A stretch of 31,766 nt of DNA from a virus (lineage: Duplodnaviria > Caudoviricetes), in IMG/VR virus record IMGVR_UViG_3300020403_000049, positions 1 through 31,766 of that record; one strand, given 5' to 3'. Of this stretch, positions 7,582 through 16,707 are shown piece after piece. Within the stretch, counting starts at the first letter, position 1, and the number at the start of each line of letters is the position of its first letter. A program made the translations under genes and the position numbers. The notes beneath the pieces are model-generated. The model was not told the DNA's origin, did not search any database, and saw only the letters and a list, made by a program, of their open reading frames with translations.

Positions 7582-9474
7582 ATGACAACTACAATTCAAT
7601 CCACTGATTTAGATTTTGATACAATTAAATTAAGACTTAAAGAGTATTTTAAGAAGCAAAATGAATTTAGTGATTATGATTTTGAAGCCTCAGCTTTAAG
7701 TAACATACTTGATGTTCTTGCATACAATACGCATTTTAATGGTCTTATAACTAATTTTGCACTTAATGAAAGTTTTTTAAATACAGCACAACTAAGAAGT
7801 TCTATAATATCACATGCTGAAGCTCTTGGTTATGTACCACGATCATATGCGTCTGCTTTAGCAAAATTAAATTTAACTATTAATATATCTGGTGTTAACA
7901 GACCGAGTGCAGTTAGCTTACCGAGAAACACACAATTTACAACATCAATTGATAATGTTTCATATGTTTTTCAGACAAGGGAATCATATATTGCAACTCC
8001 GGATATTAATGGTTTATATACATTTAAAACTTCTGTTGGTTTAAGTGATATACCAGTTTATGAAGGAACAGAAAAAGTAAAAACTTTTTTTGTAGGTGAC
8101 ACAGCAGATGCACAAATTTATGTTATACCAGATGTAACTATTGATACAACAACAATAAGAGTTCGTGTTTTTGATACAGCCGTAAGTTCAACCTTTGATA
8201 CATATACAAATATTAATACAGCCACAAGAATTACTCCTACATCCACACATTATCAAATAAAAGAAGTTCCAAATGGTTATTATGAAATAATATTCGGCGA
8301 TGGAACAAGCACTGGTAAAGCACCAAGTGCAGGAAATAAAATAGTAATTGATTACTTATCTACAAAAGGTCCTGCAGCAAACGGTGCAAATATATTCGAA
8401 ACAACTGCACAGGTTGAAGGTGTCAGTCTTACTAATGTTACTAGTGCATCAGCTGCTGGTGGTTCTTTCAAAGAAGGTATAGAATCAATAAGACAAAATG
8501 CACCAATATATTTTACATCTCAAAGACGTATGGTTACAGCTGAAGATTATAAATCACAAATACTTACAAATTATGGATCATATGTTGAAGACGTGGCTTC
8601 ATGGGGAGGTGCAGACAATGATCCACCTGTTTACGGTAGAGTTTATGTTTCATTAAAATTTAAAAATAATGTTGATGATGCAACACAGCTTGATGTTAAA
8701 TCAAAAATAATAAGTGAATTAACAAGTAACTTTGCGATAGCAAGTATTGATACAGTTTTTATCGATCCACAAACTACATTTCTTGAAATATTGACTACTT
8801 TTAATTTTGATCCCGACTTAACCAGTAGTACATCAAGTTCAACTGAAAGTTTAATACAAAATACAATCAATACTTATTTTACGAATAACTTGGCAAAGTT
8901 TGGTCAAGTTTTCAGAAGGTCAAATTTATTAACAATAATTGATGATGTAGATGAATCAATATTAAACACCAAAATGTCAATAAAAGTTCAGAAACGTTTT
9001 ACACCAACCATTGGTTCTGTAAGAGATTATCAAATAAACTTTCCTGTAAAACTTGCAGAAATAAGCACTACTGATGAAGCAATCATAACTTCATCAAGAT
9101 TTACTTTCAACTCAAAAACTTGCACAATAAGAAATAGAGCAAAATCAAATATTTTAGAAATAGTAAATGCTGGAGGAACTGTTGAAGTAGATAACATAGG
9201 TGCATACAATCCAGCAAGTGGAAGAATAGATTTAGTAGGTTTTGCACCTACTGCAGTTGTTAATGATATATTAAAAATATCGGCAAAACCTGCTAATGAA
9301 AGTACTATTAGACCTTTAAGAGCAACTGTTATTGATATTGACACTGTAGCTTCAAAAGCATCAGCTACATTTGATTATCAAGAAACACAAGTTGCTTTAG
9401 CTGGTAGTGGGGTTTCTTCTGTAACAACATCTTCATCTACAAGTTCAAGTGGTTCAACTAGTTCAGGTTATTAA
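7582..9474 (+). CDS. gp6: Baseplate wedge subunit gp6
   Basis: LDFDTIK..LKEYF..Q.EFSDYDFEAS.LS.ILDVLAYNTH, LGYVPRS, YEIIFGDG, R.VTAEDY and WGG.DNDPP.YGRV are gp6 motifs. Confidence 0.95.
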   Translation: MTTTIQSTDLDFDTIKLRLKEYFKKQNEFSDYDFEASALSNILDVLAYNTHFNGLITNFALNESFLNTAQLRSSIISHAEALGYVPRSYASALAKLNLTINISGVNRPSAVSLPRNTQFTTSIDNVSYVFQTRESYIATPDINGLYTFKTSVGLSDIPVYEGTEKVKTFFVGDTADAQIYVIPDVTIDTTTIRVRVFDTAVSSTFDTYTNINTATRITPTSTHYQIKEVPNGYYEIIFGDGTSTGKAPSAGNKIVIDYLSTKGPAANGANIFETTAQVEGVSLTNVTSASAAGGSFKEGIESIRQNAPIYFTSQRRMVTAEDYKSQILTNYGSYVEDVASWGGADNDPPVYGRVYVSLKFKNNVDDATQLDVKSKIISELTSNFAIASIDTVFIDPQTTFLEILTTFNFDPDLTSSTSSSTESLIQNTINTYFTNNLAKFGQVFRRSNLLTIIDDVDESILNTKMSIKVQKRFTPTIGSVRDYQINFPVKLAEISTTDEAIITSSRFTFNSKTCTIRNRAKSNILEIVNAGGTVEVDNIGAYNPASGRIDLVGFAPTAVVNDILKISAKPANESTIRPLRATVIDIDTVASKASATFDYQETQVALAGSGVSSVTTSSSTSSSGSTSSGY

Positions 9475-10457
9475 TGTCGAATATAAATTATCATTATAAT
9501 AGAAGACCTCGTAATTTTTTACGAAGAAAAGTTCGTGAATCTTTACCTGAACATTTTACTCAAGATTATCCTAAGCTTGTAACTTTTTTAGAAAAATACT
9601 ATGAGTACTTAGACTCTGATGGAGCAAGTTCATTTAATCATAAGCTTAAAAGAATATATTATTCAAGAGATACACAAGAAGTATCATCAGATTTATTAGT
9701 TTATTTAATACAAGAAATAGCAGCTGGTAATACAGGTGGAAATTTCATTGATCCTAATTTTTATGCACAAAGAATTCATGAACTACATAGAACAAAAGGA
9801 AGTAGATTTTCAATTGAAGAATTTTTCAGAGCTTTTTTTCAAGTGCACCCTGAAGTTGTATATCCTAAACAAGATATTTTTACAATAGGACACGATTCAG
9901 CAGGACCTCTAAGTAAAATAGGTGCTGAATCAAATAAGTTTATTCGAAATAATGGATTATATCAAGTTTTTTCAATCTTAGTTAAAAGTCCAATATCTCA
10001 AGTTACATGGCTTGAACTATATAAAAAGTTTGTACATCCTGCAGGGTTTTATATTGCTGGTGAAGTCGTAACAGATGTTGAAGCTACAGGTACTTTTACT
10101 GCACCATTAGCAATTGAAGATAGTGCTAACAGAAAAGTTATTTCAAGTGCGTCAATGACAGCTCAAGTTCCTTTTACTCAATTAACAGCATTATTTGATT
10201 CTGCTGATGGCACAACATTTAGAGCAAGACTTGATGAAAAAGTTAGTGAATATCAATCACTTACAGCAACACAATTACAAGGATTTTATAGAGATGTTGA
10301 TGAAATTATAACAGCGAATTCATTCACATTTGATGATAGTGGGTTAGGCAACGGCTTAGGTGGATTGGGTGATAGTGCTGGTGCAGCAAGACCAGACTTT
10401 TCACTTGATCTTGAAACAATGGATAATGAACAATTCGATTCATCTTTTAACTCATAA
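9474..10457 (+). CDS. gp7: Baseplate wedge subunit gp7-like (short form)
   Basis: LPEHF..DYPKLVTFLEKYYEYL, KGS..SIE.FFR.FF and VHPAGF motifs. Immediately follows gp6 with a TAATG overlap. Confidence 0.7.
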   Translation: MSNINYHYNRRPRNFLRRKVRESLPEHFTQDYPKLVTFLEKYYEYLDSDGASSFNHKLKRIYYSRDTQEVSSDLLVYLIQEIAAGNTGGNFIDPNFYAQRIHELHRTKGSRFSIEEFFRAFFQVHPEVVYPKQDIFTIGHDSAGPLSKIGAESNKFIRNNGLYQVFSILVKSPISQVTWLELYKKFVHPAGFYIAGEVVTDVEATGTFTAPLAIEDSANRKVISSASMTAQVPFTQLTALFDSADGTTFRARLDEKVSEYQSLTATQLQGFYRDVDEIITANSFTFDDSGLGNGLGGLGDSAGAARPDFSLDLETMDNEQFDSSFNS

Positions 10458-10471
10458 TGATTATTTTTTTG

Positions 10472-10479
10472 TATAAATA
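10472..10479 (+). promoter_or_regulatory. T4-type late promoter
   Basis: Exact TATAAATA, intergenic, 22 nt before ATG 10502, with an AGGA Shine-Dalgarno between. Confidence 0.85.
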
Positions 10480-10501
10480 GAACTATTATTAGGAAGATTA
10501 T

Positions 10502-11452
10502 ATGACAAGACAAAATATTGGTATAGGAAGTGCAGCTAATGATGGTAATGGAGATACATTACGTCAAGCTGGTACAAAGATAAATGCTAACTTTGCAGAG
10601 GTTTATGCGTTTCTTGGAGGTGGTGATAGTAGCAATTTATCAACTCAGATATCATTAGAAAATGACGCTGTTGTTTTTGAAGGTGCTTCAGCAAATGATT
10701 TTGAAACACGATTAAAAGTAACTGATCCAACACAAGATAATATTATAACATTACCAGATTCAACTGGTGCAGTTATACTTGATGGTGCAGTACAAACAAT
10801 TACTAATAAAACTTTAAACTCACCAAAAATCAATGAGAATGTAGTACTTACTAGTACTGCAACAGAATTAAACTTACTTGATGGCGTTACAGGCGTAGTA
10901 GTTACAGAAGCAGGTACACAAACACTTACTAATAAAACATTAACATCTCCTACTTTAAATACACCAAAAGTTGGAACATCTATTAATGACACATCTGGTA
11001 ATGAAGTTATAAAAATAACTGCAACCGGAAGTGCAGTAAACGAATTAACAATCGCAAACGGTGCGTCAACAACAGGACCAACACTTTCTGCCACTGGAGG
11101 TGGAACCAATTTAAATATAATTATGACGCCAAAAGGCACCGGTTCAGTTGAGCTTAATAAAGCTGCTTTTAGTTCTTCTACTATAACAGCAAACGGTGCA
11201 GTAAGCACAGCAGCTACATTAATTATAGGTAACAAAGGTAGTGCATTAAATGTTACATTAGCTGATGGAACTACTGTAGGCGAATATAAAATTTTTACAA
11301 ATAAAGGTGCAGGGGCAATGCAAGTTACGCCAAATAGTTTTAGAGGTTCAGATACTACATTTACACTAGCACAATTTGATGGTTGCACTTGTATATGGGA
11401 TGGAACCAGCTGGTTTTTAGTCGGAAACCAAGGCCAAGTAACGGTAGCATAA
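10502..11452 (+). CDS. gp9/gp10-like baseplate tail-fibre connector or short fibre
   Basis: N-terminus MTRQNIGIGSAANDGNGDTLRQAGTKINANFAEVY matches the T4 gp9/gp10 N-terminal motif. Internal QTLTNKTL.SP fibre-type repeats. Confidence 0.7.
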   Translation: MTRQNIGIGSAANDGNGDTLRQAGTKINANFAEVYAFLGGGDSSNLSTQISLENDAVVFEGASANDFETRLKVTDPTQDNIITLPDSTGAVILDGAVQTITNKTLNSPKINENVVLTSTATELNLLDGVTGVVVTEAGTQTLTNKTLTSPTLNTPKVGTSINDTSGNEVIKITATGSAVNELTIANGASTTGPTLSATGGGTNLNIIMTPKGTGSVELNKAAFSSSTITANGAVSTAATLIIGNKGSALNVTLADGTTVGEYKIFTNKGAGAMQVTPNSFRGSDTTFTLAQFDGCTCIWDGTSWFLVGNQGQVTVA

Positions 11453-11462
11453 GGAATAGAAT

Positions 11463-12851
11463 ATGTCAGCAATAATAACAGACCCTTTTAAAAAACAAGT
11501 ATTAGATAATGTTGTTAATGAGGTAAAAAACTTAACAGCAAGATATTATGTAGGTATAGGTAAAAATGATCAGTGGAATTCAACTGAAACAGTTCCTACA
11601 CCGACCGATACTCCAAAAACTATAAGAGCTACGCAATCTGCACTTCAATCGGTTAAAGCTGTAGCCGGAGCATCATTTGTAATACCGAGATATAATTGGT
11701 CATCGGGTTCAATATATAATGGTTATGATGATGACATAAGTGCTATACCTTCAAACACATATTATGTTTTAACTGAAGATAATGAAGTTTATATATGTTT
11801 ACAACAAAGTAAAAGTTCCACAGGAAGTCCAAATCCATCAACCGTAAAACCTACAACAGCAACTAAAACAAAAGCGTTTAAAACAAGTGATGGATATACT
11901 TGGAAATTTTTATATTCATTATCAGCTTCAAGAGCAAGTGCATTTTTATCAGCAAACTTTGTACCGGTTGAAAAAGTAGATTCTGCTGGTCAAGCTGGGC
12001 TTGATGTGAGTGGAGTGGAACAAGGACAGGTTGCTGATTCAGCAATTGCAGGAAGAATTCTTAATATCGTTGTTACAAACGGTGGAACAAATTATACCAG
12101 TCAACCAACTGTTACAATAACTGGTAACTCTGGAATTATTGGTGACAGTGCACAAGCAACAGCTGAAATATCAGGTGGTGCAGTAACAAAAATTGATATG
12201 TTAAATGAAAGTGCTGGTTCTGGAAAAAATTTTATAAATGCAACTGTTACAATTTCAGGTGGTGGAGGTAGTGGTGCAACAGCAAGAGCGGTTATTGGAC
12301 CAGCTAAAGGTATCGGTAAAGATCCAAGAGATGAACTTAAATCAACATCTTTAATGTTTAACTCTAAACCTAGTGGTGCTGAAGATGGCAACTTTTTAGT
12401 TGGTACAAATCAAGATTTTAGACAAGTGACTTTAATCAGAAATCCACGTACTGATTCTGATGACGGAAATATATTAACTGCAACCACAGCTAAAGCATTA
12501 AAATTTTTAATAGCAGATTCAGCTTTTGCAACTCAACTATCAACTGATGAATTGATAACTAATAGTTTAACACCTGCAGCAAATGCATATGTTAATGAAG
12601 TAGTAAATTTTGGTGCTGCTTCTGGTATGAAAGTTTTTTATCATCAAACTGATAGTACTGGGTTTACACCTTTTAGTGTAGGTAATACACTAACAGATGA
12701 AGGTAGTACAACAGGTACCATTTCAGTAGTAGCAGATTCAAATGAATTGTATCTCAATAACACCGGTGAAGTCTTATACATAGAAAATAGAGCACCAGTA
12801 ATAAGAGCATCTGAACAAACCGAAGATATAAAAGTAGTGATTTCACTTTAA
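11463..12851 (+). CDS. gp8: Baseplate wedge subunit gp8
   Basis: VIPRYNWSSG..Y, YYVLT....VYICL, SDGYTWKFLY and the C-terminal GEVLYIENRAP..R...QTEDIKVVI motif. Confidence 0.9.
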   Translation: MSAIITDPFKKQVLDNVVNEVKNLTARYYVGIGKNDQWNSTETVPTPTDTPKTIRATQSALQSVKAVAGASFVIPRYNWSSGSIYNGYDDDISAIPSNTYYVLTEDNEVYICLQQSKSSTGSPNPSTVKPTTATKTKAFKTSDGYTWKFLYSLSASRASAFLSANFVPVEKVDSAGQAGLDVSGVEQGQVADSAIAGRILNIVVTNGGTNYTSQPTVTITGNSGIIGDSAQATAEISGGAVTKIDMLNESAGSGKNFINATVTISGGGGSGATARAVIGPAKGIGKDPRDELKSTSLMFNSKPSGAEDGNFLVGTNQDFRQVTLIRNPRTDSDDGNILTATTAKALKFLIADSAFATQLSTDELITNSLTPAANAYVNEVVNFGAASGMKVFYHQTDSTGFTPFSVGNTLTDEGSTTGTISVVADSNELYLNNTGEVLYIENRAPVIRASEQTEDIKVVISL

Positions 12852-12862
12852 TAGGATAATTT

Positions 12863-15800
12863 ATGGCGACAACATTTACAGAAACTACCTTATCAACCAC
12901 GTATAAAGATGATTTTCGTGATAGTGATAATTATCACAAAATACTTTTCAACAGTGGTGTAGGTTTACAGGCAAGAGAATTAACTCAGCTACAAACAATA
13001 TTACAAAATCAAATATCAAGATTTGGTGATAATATATTTAAAGAAGGCTCAGTTGTAAAACCAGGCGGTGTAAATATAAATCCACAATATGAATTTATTA
13101 AATTAGATGAAACCGATCCTTCTCAAGTTTTACCTGCCGATTTAAATACATTGATTGGATTAACAGTTGAAGGACAAACATCTGGTGTAGTTGCTACAAT
13201 TATTGAAGCTGTTGCTTCTTCAGGTAGTGATCCTGCAACGCTTTACGTAAAATACACCAGCACAAGTTCTGCACAAAGTTCTACTGATATAGTTACTAAG
13301 AGAATGGCATCTAATGAAATTTTAAATGTATCGAATGGTGACACTTTAAAAGTTAAACTTTCAACTGTAGCAGATCCTTCTACAGGCGTAGGAACGCAAG
13401 TAACAATACTAGGTGGTATATATTATGCTAGGTCTAATTTTGTTTTAACACAAAGCCAAAGTAAAATTATTTCTAAATACACAGACGATCCTACTACTGA
13501 TATAGGTTTTAAAGCTGTTGAAGAAGTAATATCTGCTAGTGACAATAATGCTTTATATGATAATCAAGGCACTGTGCCTAATGTTTCTGCTCCAGGCGCA
13601 GACAGATATCGTATTACATTAACTATTGCTGAACGTAGCGAAATAAGCGTCAATGAAAATTTTATTCACATTGCAACAGTAAATAATGGTGTAGTTTATA
13701 ATGCAGTTGAAGTTGAAAATTCTTACAACTTTCCTGCAAAACATATAGCTAAAAGAATTTTTGAAAACTCAGGTGATTATATTGTAAAACCTTTTATAAT
13801 AAATTTTGAAAAAGATTCAGAAAATACACATTTATTATTAAACGTAAGCGATGGAATAGTAGTTGTAGATGGCTTTAGAGCTGCAAGAACTTTTCCAACA
13901 AGATTAAGAATTGAAAAACCAACAGCAACAACTACCATAAATAACGAACCTACATCTGTAGATTACGGTTCAAATGTTTTGGTTGACGTTAGTGTTGGTG
14001 GTTCTGCTAACACACAAGGTATTCCAAACTTTAATGAGATGGAACTATTAAATTTAAGAAGTGCCATAAATCATGGTGGTAGTAGTGTTGGGACTGCAAG
14101 AGTAAGTGCTATAACAAAAAGCGGTACAGATTTAAGAATGCATCTTTCAAGTGTTATTATGAATTCAGGTCAAGCATTTCGTAACGTAAAAAGTATTGGA
14201 ACAAGTACTGATAATTATTTTAATATAAAATTAGAAAATTCAAAGGCTGTAATAAAAGAACCTTCAAATAGAAAAGCTTTTTTTGTGCTACCTCGAAATA
14301 GACCGCGATCAGTAACCGATTTAATATATACAGCACAAAGAAAATTTACTGGAAAAAGTGCTAATAGTTCCGGCGTCATAACACTTGATGGTTTAACCGG
14401 TGGAGAAGTTTATACACAAACTGATGATTTTGTATTTGCTAAAGCAGACAGTGACGTTGCAATTACTTCACCTACAATAGATCTTTCTGCCAACACTGTT
14501 GATTTTGGTACTAGTGGACCCGTTGCAACAATTGCTAATTCATCAAATATTGAATATGCAAGTTATATTAGTAAAACTCAAACTACACCAAAAACAAAAA
14601 CATTAACCACCTTTAACTTAATTAATACTGTTGAGTCAGATGGAAACGGATTTCAAACTTTAAATTTAAAAAGAGCAGATATATTTGAAATAGATGAAAT
14701 AGTAAATGCTGCTGATAGTAATGAAAGCTATTCAAATAGATTTATATTAGATAATGGTCAAAGATCAACTGCATATTTACCTGGGAGATTAGTAGTAAGA
14801 AAAGGTCAATCTGCACCTACTGGAAACGTATTTGTTAAATATAAATTTTTTAGTCCAAGCTCTAATGGTGATTATTTTTCAGTTAATTCATATACTGGCC
14901 AAGTAGATTATGATAAAATACCTAGTTATAGTTTTAACGGATCAACTATTCAACTGACAGATGTGTTGGATTTTAGATCAGTTGCAGATTCTGCTGGTAA
15001 TTTTGGTACAACTGGATCGACTATGATTGAATTACCAAAGGTTGATACTACTATAACTGCAGATGTTACTTATCATTTAGCACAATCAGCAAAGCTATCA
15101 ATTACAAATAAAGCACAGCTAAGATATATTGTCGGTGAAAATGGTTTTTTTCCACAACCACCTGATAGGCAAACAGGAACATTACCTTTATATGATATTA
15201 GATTAAATGCAAATACTTTAAATGATTCGGATGTTGATGTTAGTAAATTTAATTTTAAGCGTTTTACTATGAAAGACATCGGTAAACTTGAACAAAGAGT
15301 TGATAAACTTGAAGAAATGACAACATTAAGCTTACTTGAAGTTGATACAAGACATTTTGAAGTATTAGATTCAGCAGGCAATAATAGAACGAAAGCAGGA
15401 TTCTTTGTTGACGATTTTAGAAGTCATAGAGGTGCAGATTTATCGGTTACTGCAGAATACAGAGCATCTATTGATGCAAAAGAACATATAATGAGACCTA
15501 TGACACGTGATGACTCAATAAGAATGATTTATGATTCTGCTGCATCAACTAATACAATAAAAAAAGGCGACAATATTTACGTTAAATATGATGAAGAAGT
15601 TTATATTAATCAAACTACTGCAAGTTCTGCAATAAAAATTAATCCTTTTGCAGTTACAATTTATGATGGCACAATTACACTATCTCCAGCCTCAGATGAA
15701 TGGAAAGATGTTGAAAGGTTGCCTGATTTGATATTACAGACGGGAGGTACATTATTTTCACCGATACCTGCATATAATTTTAACGATTACGTAAATGAAT

Positions 15801-16696
15801 GGTGTGGTACTACAAATGATAATCCTAATAAAAAGGTTGTCACCGATGAAGCTATTCATACTTTAGTTGAAGATAGAGTAATTGAAAAAAAATCAATTCC
15901 GTTTATGAGATCACGAAAAGTTTTCTTTAAAGCTGAAGGGCTAAGACCAAATACCAGGGTTTTTCCTTTTTTAGATGGTATAAATATAAGTGACTTAACT
16001 AACGGTGCCGGAGGAGATTCATCATTTGAATTTTATTCTGACAACAGCGTAGATTTCGGTAACACATTAGATCGTGTAACTGTGCATCCAGACGGAGCTA
16101 CAACTCTTGTTACTGATGCTAATGGAAGAGTTTCTGGATCTTTTATAGTACCAAATAATGATCAAACTCAAATAAAAACTGGAACTAAACAATTTAAATT
16201 ACTAGATATCAGTGTAGATAATGAAGAAAACGCTGGAACAATAGCTTTCACTCCGTATACAGCTGAAGGCGTACTTACTTCAAAACAAGCAGAATACATA
16301 TCAACAAGAATAGTTATGACTCAAGGGCAATTAAATTATCAAGAAGGAACTGGAGGTGAAGGACCAGATCTCAAAGGAAAGGTTTATCAAAGAAATGGTG
16401 TTTGGAAAGATGAAGGATATCCTACTTTAACTAAAGCACAAAGAGATGCTATAGAAATGAATAGATTTCAAACATATGCAATGATAACAGAACAAAGAAG
16501 AAATGCAATTGTATCACAAAATCAATTTATAAGTAGTTATATTAGAGATCGTAATGCTGAAATGTCAAAAATAACTGGTAAAGCATTAACTGCAACTGGT
16601 CAAATCCCACAAGACAACGGCGATGGGTATGAAGGAGATTTTGATCCAACAGATTCAAAAGGTAATAACCCAGACGTTTATAGTGATGGTTTTTAA
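12863..16696 (+). CDS. Large virion structural protein, VrlC/DUF4815-like, N-terminal part
   Basis: Y.DDF....NYHKILF..G..LQARELTQLQTILQNQI.RFG..IFKEG, APGADRY, RFTMKDIGKLEQRV..LE and K.GFFVDDF motifs, typical of the gene after gp8 in marine T4-like phages. Confidence 0.8.
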   Translation: MATTFTETTLSTTYKDDFRDSDNYHKILFNSGVGLQARELTQLQTILQNQISRFGDNIFKEGSVVKPGGVNINPQYEFIKLDETDPSQVLPADLNTLIGLTVEGQTSGVVATIIEAVASSGSDPATLYVKYTSTSSAQSSTDIVTKRMASNEILNVSNGDTLKVKLSTVADPSTGVGTQVTILGGIYYARSNFVLTQSQSKIISKYTDDPTTDIGFKAVEEVISASDNNALYDNQGTVPNVSAPGADRYRITLTIAERSEISVNENFIHIATVNNGVVYNAVEVENSYNFPAKHIAKRIFENSGDYIVKPFIINFEKDSENTHLLLNVSDGIVVVDGFRAARTFPTRLRIEKPTATTTINNEPTSVDYGSNVLVDVSVGGSANTQGIPNFNEMELLNLRSAINHGGSSVGTARVSAITKSGTDLRMHLSSVIMNSGQAFRNVKSIGTSTDNYFNIKLENSKAVIKEPSNRKAFFVLPRNRPRSVTDLIYTAQRKFTGKSANSSGVITLDGLTGGEVYTQTDDFVFAKADSDVAITSPTIDLSANTVDFGTSGPVATIANSSNIEYASYISKTQTTPKTKTLTTFNLINTVESDGNGFQTLNLKRADIFEIDEIVNAADSNESYSNRFILDNGQRSTAYLPGRLVVRKGQSAPTGNVFVKYKFFSPSSNGDYFSVNSYTGQVDYDKIPSYSFNGSTIQLTDVLDFRSVADSAGNFGTTGSTMIELPKVDTTITADVTYHLAQSAKLSITNKAQLRYIVGENGFFPQPPDRQTGTLPLYDIRLNANTLNDSDVDVSKFNFKRFTMKDIGKLEQRVDKLEEMTTLSLLEVDTRHFEVLDSAGNNRTKAGFFVDDFRSHRGADLSVTAEYRASIDAKEHIMRPMTRDDSIRMIYDSAASTNTIKKGDNIYVKYDEEVYINQTTASSAIKINPFAVTIYDGTITLSPASDEWKDVERLPDLILQTGGTLFSPIPAYNFNDYVNEWCGTTNDNPNKKVVTDEAIHTLVEDRVIEKKSIPFMRSRKVFFKAEGLRPNTRVFPFLDGINISDLTNGAGGDSSFEFYSDNSVDFGNTLDRVTVHPDGATTLVTDANGRVSGSFIVPNNDQTQIKTGTKQFKLLDISVDNEENAGTIAFTPYTAEGVLTSKQAEYISTRIVMTQGQLNYQEGTGGEGPDLKGKVYQRNGVWKDEGYPTLTKAQRDAIEMNRFQTYAMITEQRRNAIVSQNQFISSYIRDRNAEMSKITGKALTATGQIPQDNGDGYEGDFDPTDSKGNNPDVYSDGF

Positions 16697-16707
16697 GGAA
16701 AAAAAAT

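Noticed and set aside
10458-10471. T-run after gp7 as an intrinsic terminator
   Set aside because: No preceding stem-loop; it is just the AT-rich flank of the late promoter.
10645-11472. 275-aa minus-strand ORF, and the other minus-strand ORFs in the track
   Set aside because: All are antisense shadows of well-supported plus-strand structural genes, explained by codon bias, with no recognisable motifs.
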